64,000 nt of DNA from the NCBI GenBank assembly GCA_965216655.1, contig CBDCGP010000005.1:83329-147328 (forward strand). Reading direction: 5' to 3'. Under the pieces are notes generated by a model. The model was not told where the DNA came from. It searched no databases and saw nothing but the letters and a program-made list of their open reading frames with translations. Position 1 is the stretch's first letter; the number at the start of each line of letters is the position of its first letter. The translations under genes and the position numbers were made by a program. Source of the stretch: Acidimicrobiales bacterium. GTDB lineage: Bacteria; Actinomycetota; Acidimicrobiia; Acidimicrobiales; SZUA-35. Positions 57,953-64,000 of this stretch are shown piece by piece.

Positions 57953-57977
57953 CCGCAGCCGCGAACTGAGAGCGACC

Positions 57978-58382
57978 TCAGAGAACGCCGGATTCTGCGA
58001 GGTCATTCCACACCTTCTGGTCGACGATCACACCATCTCGTACCGTGAACCGGTCGATGTAGCGAACGCTGTCGAAACCCGTGCCGTCCAGCGCCTCGCC
58101 GCTCAGCGTGCCGAACACGTACACGATCGACTCCCCGCCGGACGGTGAGCCGTCGATCACGTCGAACCGATCGAATGTCTTGGTCACCGAGCGGAACCGA
58201 CCGGCCGAGGAGGCAACCTGCTCCTCCAAACTCGTGAACCGACGACCGCCGGGAAAGGTGATGACCACGTCGTCGGCGAGATGCTGTCGGGCTGCGTCGA
58301 GGTCACGAGCCTCCATCAGCCGGAGGAAGGTCGAGACCATGTCAACGAGTTCGTCCGCAGTGGCGGCCGCCGGCTCAGCCAT
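57978..58382 (-). CDS. SnoaL-like / NTF2-fold protein
   Basis: 134 aa. The size and pattern (DVVITFPGG ... [20 protein letters not shown]) are typical of the fold. The start overlaps the upstream stop by 8 nt. Confidence 0.55.
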   Translation of the reverse strand: MAEPAAATADELVDMVSTFLRLMEARDLDAARQHLADDVVITFPGGRRFTSLEEQVASSAGRFRSVTKTFDRFDVIDGSPSGGESIVYVFGTLSGEALDGTGFDSVRYIDRFTVRDGVIVDQKVWNDLAESGVL

Positions 58383-59139
58383 CGGATGCCTGCTCGGCGG
58401 CCGACGCCATGGCGTGGATCATCCTGGGCTTGGGCACCTGGGGACGGGGGTACGCCGACCGGCTGTGGGTCAACCCGAGCGACAGCATCGTCTGGATCAG
58501 CTTGTACGACAGCGGGCCCGGGTTGACCACCGGCACGTCGAGCACCGACGACAGGTGCCCGTGGGCCTGATGCATCGTGGTGGAACCGAGACAGATCACA
58601 TCGGCCCCCTGGTCGACCAGGCGGCGACAGGCCGCCTCCATCCTGGGCAGCACCGCGTCCTCCTTTCCGGTGAGCAGGTTGGCGAAATCCGGCGGCGTGT
58701 CGAAGTGGTCGACCGCGGCGCACCGAGACCGCAGCCCCCACTCGTCGAGTACCTTCTCGTAGCGGGCCAGCGCCGGCTTCCACTGGGCCAGCACCCCGAA
58801 TCGGCGACCGAGGCTGAGCGAGAACAGTAGCGACGCCCGACCGGGGGCGAGCACGGGAATGTCGAGCATCGACCGCAGGGCATCGGCGCCGCTGTCGGAC
58901 ACGGTGTCGATGACCACGGCGTCGAAGCCATCGGCCTCGGCGCTGAGGCCGGCCTCGAAGAGACCGAGGTCGAGCAGCAGCCAGTCGTGGGGACTCGTGA
59001 AGCTCGTCGGCCCGGCCTTCACCGGGCGGTACTCGAACGTGACGTCCGGGGCCATCGTGATCTCACGCGTCTGAGCGGAGCGATTGGCGATCTGCTCGTC
59101 GTCGAGGGCGAACGGAACCAGCACCAGAATGCGACTCAT
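58375..59139 (-). CDS. Asp/Glu/hydantoin racemase family protein, copy B
   Basis: ATG 59139 (ATGA overlap). It contains [22 protein letters not shown] and [12 protein letters not shown]. Confidence 0.75.
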   Translation of the reverse strand: MSRILVLVPFALDDEQIANRSAQTREITMAPDVTFEYRPVKAGPTSFTSPHDWLLLDLGLFEAGLSAEADGFDAVVIDTVSDSGADALRSMLDIPVLAPGRASLLFSLSLGRRFGVLAQWKPALARYEKVLDEWGLRSRCAAVDHFDTPPDFANLLTGKEDAVLPRMEAACRRLVDQGADVICLGSTTMHQAHGHLSSVLDVPVVNPGPLSYKLIQTMLSLGLTHSRSAYPRPQVPKPRMIHAMASAAEQASDG

Positions 59140-59942
59140 CGTGCGCCGCCATCCGTTGCCGGTGAATCGTCGATACCGGCGGCTTCGGCCGCAGCGGCAC
59201 CGTCGAGCATGGCGTGGACCATGCCCCGTTTCGGCACCTGGGGCGGGGGGTAGGCGGCCGGACTCTGGGTCAAGCCCAGATCGGCGAGAGCCTCGGCGAT
59301 GAAGTAGGAAAGCGGACCGGGGTTGATGACCGGCACATCGAGGTTGTCCTGTAGGAAGCGGTGGGCCTCGTGCATCGTGGTGGACCCGAGGCAGATCACG
59401 TCGGCTCCATCCTCGGCGACCAGGGCGTTGGCCGCGTCGAGCAGCAGCGGCAAGGCATGGTCCTTGCCCGCCATGAGCGTACGGTTGTCGGGGGTGACGT
59501 CGATCGAGCGGATCCCGGCGCAGCGGTCGGCCAGGCCGATCTCCGACAGCACCTTGTGGTAGATGGGGAACCACTGTTTCCACATCGTCACGATGCCGAA
59601 TCGGCGGCCGAGCATGGCCGCCATCACGTATTGGCTCCGTCCGGGTCCGACGACCGGAATGTCGAGCATCGACCGCAGCGCCGCCACGCCGGAGTCGCTC
59701 ACCGTGTCGATGCAGACGGCGTCGTAGCCGTCGGCCTGCGCTGCCAGCCCCGACTCGAACAGCGATACGTCGGCCAGCAGGTAGTCGTGGTGGGAGACGT
59801 AGTTGGCCGGCGCCGCCTTGGTCGGCTTGAAATCGACAACCACGCCGTCGGGCAGCGGCGCCGCGTCGAGTTGCTTGCGCCGTAACGCCAGCTGGTCGTC
59901 GTCGAGCGGGAACGGTGCCAGCACGAGAATCCTGGTCATCAA
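59136..59942 (-). CDS. Asp/Glu/hydantoin racemase family protein, copy A
   Basis: 268 aa. It contains [21 protein letters not shown] and [12 protein letters not shown]. Confidence 0.75.
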   Translation of the reverse strand: MMTRILVLAPFPLDDDQLALRRKQLDAAPLPDGVVVDFKPTKAAPANYVSHHDYLLADVSLFESGLAAQADGYDAVCIDTVSDSGVAALRSMLDIPVVGPGRSQYVMAAMLGRRFGIVTMWKQWFPIYHKVLSEIGLADRCAGIRSIDVTPDNRTLMAGKDHALPLLLDAANALVAEDGADVICLGSTTMHEAHRFLQDNLDVPVINPGPLSYFIAEALADLGLTQSPAAYPPPQVPKRGMVHAMLDGAAAAEAAGIDDSPATDGGAR

Positions 59943-60012
59943 CCGACAGTAACGGACGGGTTCCGCCGTGTCGCATTGCCGGCTGGTCGGACCCCTCGAC
60001 TACCGTCGGACC

Positions 60013-61398
60013 ATGACGGTACGGCAGCTTGACACGGATGTGGTGGTGGCGGGGGCCGGAGCGGCCGGGCTGGCGGCGGCGATCCGGGCCGCCGACGGCG
60101 GCGCCACCGTGGCCCTACTGGAAGCCAGCGCCACCTTCCGTCAGGGTTCGAACACCTCGATGAGCACATCGATGATCCCGGTGGCCGACACCCGATGGCA
60201 GCGGGCCAAAGGCATCGACGACGACTCCAACGAGGTCCTGTACGACGACATCATGACCAAGACCAAAGGGCAGGCCGACCCGACGGTGGCCCGGGCCCTG
60301 GTGGAGGTCGGAGCCGAGCTGGCCGACTTCCTGGCCGAGGACTGCGAGATCCCGTTGGAGCTGGCCGACGACGTTATCTTCCCCGGCCATTCCCGCAGGC
60401 GCCACCTCTGCGTACACGACCGGGCCGGCCGCACGCTCCACCGTCACCTCCTGGAGGCGGCCGACAAGCGGGAGACGATCACGATGGTGATGCCGTGGCG
60501 GGTGACCGGGCTCAGCGCCGTGGCGCTCGAGTCGGGCGACGACGGCTGGGTGGTGACGGCCGAGTCCCCGGACGGTGGCACCCAGGAGATCGTGGCGGGT
60601 GCCGTGGTGCTCGCCACCAACGGATTCGGAGCCAACAGCGAGATGGTGGCCCGCCACATTCCCGAGGTTGCCGAGGGCCTGTACTTCGGTGGCGACCACA
60701 GCCTGGGCGACGCCATCCGCATCGGCGAGATGCTCGGGGCCGACACCGCCTTTCTCGATTCGTATCAGGGTCACGGCTCGGTGGCCACGCCGCACGGCGT
60801 GCTGTTGACCTGGACCACCGTCATGAACGGTGCATTCCTGGTCAACATCGAAGGCGAACGGTTCGGCGACGAGAGTACCGGCTACTCCGAGTACGCGGTG
60901 CAGGTGATCGCCCAACCGGAAGCCGTTGCCTGGGCCATCTACGACGAGGCGATCCACGAGGCCGCGCTCGTGTTCGCCGACTACCAGCAGCTCATCGAGG
61001 CCGACGGGATCCGCTGGGCCGACGACGCCGCGGGGCTGGCCGAGCTGATCGGCTGCGACCAAAGCGCCATCGCCGACACCTTGCGCCTCACCGGCGAATA
61101 TGCCGCCGGAACGGCCGACGACCCGTTCGGACGGACGTTGTGGCCCCACACGCTCGAGGCGCCCTTCGCCGCGGTGAAGGTGTCGGGCGCCCTGTTCCAC
61201 ACCCAGGGCGGCCTGGCGATCGACGGCGATGCCAACGTCTTGAGCAACAGAGAACCGCTACCCGGGCTCTACGCGGCGGGCGGGGCGGCGGCCGGCATCT
61301 CCGGACATGGCGCCACCGGCTACCTGTCCGGCAACGGGCTCTTGTCGGCGCTCGGCCTCGGCTACCTGGCGGCCAAGGCCATCACCCGAGCCTCATGA
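60013..61398 (+). CDS. FAD-dependent oxidoreductase (FAD_binding_2; fumarate-reductase/ketosteroid-dehydrogenase-like)
   Basis: ATG 60013. It contains DVVVAGAGAAGLAAA and FHTQGGLAID ... LYAAGGAA. Confidence 0.75.
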   Translation: MTVRQLDTDVVVAGAGAAGLAAAIRAADGGATVALLEASATFRQGSNTSMSTSMIPVADTRWQRAKGIDDDSNEVLYDDIMTKTKGQADPTVARALVEVGAELADFLAEDCEIPLELADDVIFPGHSRRRHLCVHDRAGRTLHRHLLEAADKRETITMVMPWRVTGLSAVALESGDDGWVVTAESPDGGTQEIVAGAVVLATNGFGANSEMVARHIPEVAEGLYFGGDHSLGDAIRIGEMLGADTAFLDSYQGHGSVATPHGVLLTWTTVMNGAFLVNIEGERFGDESTGYSEYAVQVIAQPEAVAWAIYDEAIHEAALVFADYQQLIEADGIRWADDAAGLAELIGCDQSAIADTLRLTGEYAAGTADDPFGRTLWPHTLEAPFAAVKVSGALFHTQGGLAIDGDANVLSNREPLPGLYAAGGAAAGISGHGATGYLSGNGLLSALGLGYLAAKAITRAS

Positions 61399-62351
61399 CG
61401 GTGATCGGTTCCAGCGTGCCGCCGCTCGGCCGGGTGGGTGCGTGGACCGGGCGCCTCCAACGTCGACCGACGGCCCAGGCGGTCGACATCGTGAACGAGC
61501 TGGCCGAACTCGGCTACCGGTCGGTGTGGATTCCCGAGTCGCCGTTCGGCAAGGACGTGCTCACCTTCGCAGCGGTGCTCCTGGGCGCCACATCAACATC
61601 GACGTCGGCACCACCTGCGTCGTCGGCACCACCTGCGTCGTCGGGCCCCGGCATCACCGTCGCCACCGGCATCGCCATCACCTGGGTCCGCGATCCGGTC
61701 GCGATGATGAACGCGGCCCGCACCATCGGCGACGCCCACCCCGAGCGGTTCGTGCTCGGCATCGGCATCAGCCACGAGAGCACAGCCAAGGCCCGGGGCC
61801 ACGCCTATCGACGGCCGGTGGAGGCAATGGCGGGCTATCTCGAGACGATGGCCGGGGCCCGGTTCGACGGCCATGACCCGCAGTGGCAGCCACCGGTGGT
61901 GATCGCCGCCCTCGGCCCCCGCATGCTCGACGTGGCCGCCCGCCTGGCCGACGGCGCCCACCCGTTCGTCGCTCCCCCGGAACACACCGCACGGGCTCGG
62001 GCGGCATTGGGGCCCGACAAGCTACTGGTGGTCGAGCAGGGGGTGGTGCTGGCCGGGGGCGACGAGGGACGACGGCTCGCCCGGAGCAACCTCGAACGGT
62101 TCCTGGCCTGGCCAAACTACCGGCGCCATTTTCTACGCCTGGGCTTCGACGAGTCGGAGTTCGCCGACGGCGGCAGTGATCGTCTGGTCGACGCCGTGTT
62201 CGCCATCGGTGACGAGGACGTCGTCGACCGGCGGATTCAAGCGCAGCTCGATGCCGGAGCCGACCACGTCTGCCTGCAGATCGTCACCGACGACCCTGAC
62301 GACGAGGTGGCCGCCTACCGGCGCCTGGCCGCCTCCATCACCCTGGCGTGA
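61395..62351 (+). CDS. LLM-class (probably F420-dependent) oxidoreductase
   Basis: ATGA overlap with the upstream gene. It contains GYRSVWIPES, GIGISHE, IAALGPRML and ADGAHPF. Confidence 0.7.
   Translation: MTVIGSSVPPLGRVGAWTGRLQRRPTAQAVDIVNELAELGYRSVWIPESPFGKDVLTFAAVLLGATSTSTSAPPASSAPPASSGPGITVATGIAITWVRDPVAMMNAARTIGDAHPERFVLGIGISHESTAKARGHAYRRPVEAMAGYLETMAGARFDGHDPQWQPPVVIAALGPRMLDVAARLADGAHPFVAPPEHTARARAALGPDKLLVVEQGVVLAGGDEGRRLARSNLERFLAWPNYRRHFLRLGFDESEFADGGSDRLVDAVFAIGDEDVVDRRIQAQLDAGADHVCLQIVTDDPDDEVAAYRRLAASITLA
61604..61645 (+). repeat. 18-bp in-frame tandem duplication inside the LLM gene
   Basis: GTCGGCACCACCTGCGTC occurs twice (61604-61621 and 61622-61639), followed by a partial third copy. 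It encodes SAPPAS-SAPPAS within a TSTSTS...GPG low-complexity insert. Confidence 0.85.
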
Positions 62352-62372
62352 CCGTCACGACCCCGTTTCTGA

Positions 62373-63269
62373 CTATTGGGACGGCATCCGGGCGACGAGC
62401 GCCGCGAGGTGCTCGTCGAAGTTGGGACGGGGTGGCGAGAGATCCGCGGCGTCGTGGCTCCAGCCGTGGCCGCAGAACAGCCGGTCGAACGGCAGTCCCG
62501 ACGCCGCGAAACGCCCGAGCGACTCGGTTTGCGCCTCCCAGGAATACCAGCACGCCCGCCGAAAGGCGATCAGCTCCTCGGACCGCGGGTTCCACGCCAG
62601 CGAATCGCCGGAGAACAGCAGATGGCCGTCGACGTGATACAGAACACTCCCCTTCGTGTGCCCGGGCACCGGGTAGGCGATCACCCCGGGCGCCACCTCC
62701 ACCGGATCGACGCCGTCGATGAGGTCGGTGGCGTAGGGCGCAGCGGAGGCGTCGTCGCTGTGGATCCAGACCCGGGCGCCGAAGGTATCGGCGTAGCGAT
62801 CGGCGTCGGCCACGTCGTCGCGATGCGACAACAATATATGGTCCACCCCGCCCATCTCGGCCAGCGGGCCCGCGACCTCACGGGTCCAACGGGGGGCGTC
62901 GATCATGAGGTTGCCACCGCGCTCGGCGGGCCGCGCGACGAGATAGGAGTGGGCGCCGAACGAGTCACGGGAGTTGTGGCCGAGCCGGTACACGTCGTCG
63001 CCCAACGGCTGGGGGAACACCGGATTCGGTGGACGGCGCTCCGTCTCGTGGCCGACCGATCGGGTCGGGCACACCAGCACCGCCCGCCACGCCATCTCGA
63101 TCTCCTCGGCCGTCTCGGGCTGACGGACAAAGAAGGACACACCGTCACCGGGGTTGCGTTCGATCAGCCCGGGAGCCACATGGCGGGCGGCGTCGCAGTC
63201 GATGCAGCGGTCGTCGACGAACCAGGGGCCGGGCGCCCCGGCCGGGTGGCGGGCGTCGAGTCGGGCCAT
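62373..63269 (-). CDS. Ferredoxin-like domain fused to an MBL-fold metallo-hydrolase
   Basis: The N-terminus has FVDDRCIDCDAARHVAPGL ... VLVCPTRSV (Cys pattern of a small Fe-S ferredoxin). An MBL core follows (HILLSHRDDV, PGHTKGS, CGHG). Confidence 0.65.
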   Translation of the reverse strand: MARLDARHPAGAPGPWFVDDRCIDCDAARHVAPGLIERNPGDGVSFFVRQPETAEEIEMAWRAVLVCPTRSVGHETERRPPNPVFPQPLGDDVYRLGHNSRDSFGAHSYLVARPAERGGNLMIDAPRWTREVAGPLAEMGGVDHILLSHRDDVADADRYADTFGARVWIHSDDASAAPYATDLIDGVDPVEVAPGVIAYPVPGHTKGSVLYHVDGHLLFSGDSLAWNPRSEELIAFRRACWYSWEAQTESLGRFAASGLPFDRLFCGHGWSHDAADLSPPRPNFDEHLAALVARMPSQ

Positions 63270-63300
63270 TGGTGAACCCTACGACCGGCGTCGTCGCCAG

Positions 63301-63333
63301 GTCAAGGCGGTGGGGTCAAGGCGGTGGGGTCAA
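63301..63333. repeat. 14-bp tandem direct repeat (2.3 copies) in a divergent promoter region
   Basis: GTCAAGGCGGTGGG GTCAAGGCGGTGGG GTCAA. Confidence 0.8.
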
Positions 63334-63358
63334 CTCACCGGATGTCTAGAGTCGGAGC

Positions 63359-63577
63359 ATGGATCTGATCGAGTTCGAAACCGAGCGTACGATGTCGCGG
63401 GAGGAGGCGGCCGCGGAGCTTCGGAAGCTGGCCGACGCCCTGGCCCGCAACAACCAGGTGCAGTTCGTCAAGGGCAACCTCAAACACACCGTGCGGGTGC
63501 CGAATCAGGTGACCGTCGAATACGAGGTGGAGGTCGGCGACGACGGCGGCCAGATCGAGTTCGAGATCACCTGGTAG
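63359..63577 (+). CDS. Amphi-Trp domain-containing small protein
   Basis: 72 aa. It reads MDLIEFETERTMSREEAAAELRKLADAL ... IEFEITW, ending in Trp, as in the amphi-Trp family I recall. Confidence 0.55.
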   Translation: MDLIEFETERTMSREEAAAELRKLADALARNNQVQFVKGNLKHTVRVPNQVTVEYEVEVGDDGGQIEFEITW

Positions 63578-63628
63578 GAGTCAGGGCAACGGCGGCCGAT
63601 GGTCGCCGGCTACCCAAACAGGCGCCGG

Positions 63629-64000
63629 TCAGCTCAGCAGCACGTCGATGGCCGACGCCAGATTGTGGGTCGATCGCAGATCGGACCACTCGGCGATGTC
63701 GGCCTCGGTCGGACGCTCGCCGGTGAGGATACGCTCGAGCACCGTTCGCTCGGTCCGCAGGTTGGACAAGCCGACAGCCTCGGTGCCCTCGCTGAAGTAG
63801 ACGACGATGGTGCCCCGCGTGACCTCGCCACGCCCGAGTAGATCCAGCCAGTAGCGGTTGCCCGCCGCGTCGGGCTCCCGGTTCAAGACGTTGGTGTAGA
63901 GGCGGTTGAGGAAGTCCTCGAAGGTGCCGCCGCCGTAGCGGCGCCGGAACTCGTCGGACTCGGCGAACCACTCGGCGATGTCCTCCAGCGATTCACCGCT
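63629..64000 (-). CDS. DUF4214-domain protein, C-terminal part (5' end beyond the right edge)
   Basis: The frame stays open to position 64000. It contains FRRRYGGGTFEDFLNRLYTNVLNREPDAAGNRYWLDLLGRGEVTRG, the typical DUF4214 pattern. Confidence 0.5.
   Translation of the reverse strand, partial: SGESLEDIAEWFAESDEFRRRYGGGTFEDFLNRLYTNVLNREPDAAGNRYWLDLLGRGEVTRGTIVVYFSEGTEAVGLSNLRTERTVLERILTGERPTEADIAEWSDLRSTHNLASAIDVLLS

Noticed and set aside
56800-58000. GNAT plus divergent Clp_N-domain gene as a toxin-antitoxin or defence module
   Set aside because: The GNAT is of RimJ/RimL size and type, with no adjacent RHH/HTH antitoxin. The Clp_N protein is divergently transcribed. GC is only mildly lower and there are no mobility genes.

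Overview
High-GC, actinobacterial-type chromosomal segment with about 60 protein genes, many joined by ATGA/GTGA start-stop overlaps. I saw no rRNA, tRNA, CRISPR array, transposase or integrase.

Gene content from left to right:
- A LacZ-like GH2 gene, a DeoR regulator and a sugar ABC operon.
- A tyrosine/homogentisate operon (hppD-fahA-hmgA).
- Secreted and cupredoxin genes.
- A RutA-like monooxygenase module.
- A selenium island (about 18.9-30 kb).
- typA.
- A PilZ-coupled GT2 synthase.
- An M14 carboxypeptidase.
- A 12-gene IclR-headed orphan catabolic operon (42.5-53.6 kb).
- A second oxidoreductase/racemase cluster.

The selenium island is the most notable content. It holds a selenophosphate synthetase whose own N-terminus needs an in-frame UGA (motif GAG-U-GCKL). 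Divergent from it are an EgtB-like DinB/FGE-sulfatase gene and a GT-B glycosyltransferase. That trio is the SenC/SenA/SenB signature of selenoneine-type selenometabolite biosynthesis.

Co-directional with selD are cytoplasmic GH20-like and GH15-like genes and a redoxin whose redox motif reads W-U-P-Y-C across a second in-frame UGA. The ORF track truncates both UGA-containing genes. A PhnCDE-type oxyanion ABC transporter flanks the island.

Five apparent 1-nt frameshifts (senB, phnD twice, typA, one hypothetical) lie between 26.3 and 33.2 kb. Three sit in mononucleotide runs of 3-5 nt and the other two at short G/C runs or doublets. They are probably assembly errors, but this needs checking.

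Several unexplained short tandem repeats lie in regulatory positions: 42 bp x3, 13 bp x4, 14 bp x2 and 18 bp x2. Many long ORFs in the track are antisense shadow ORFs typical of high-GC DNA.
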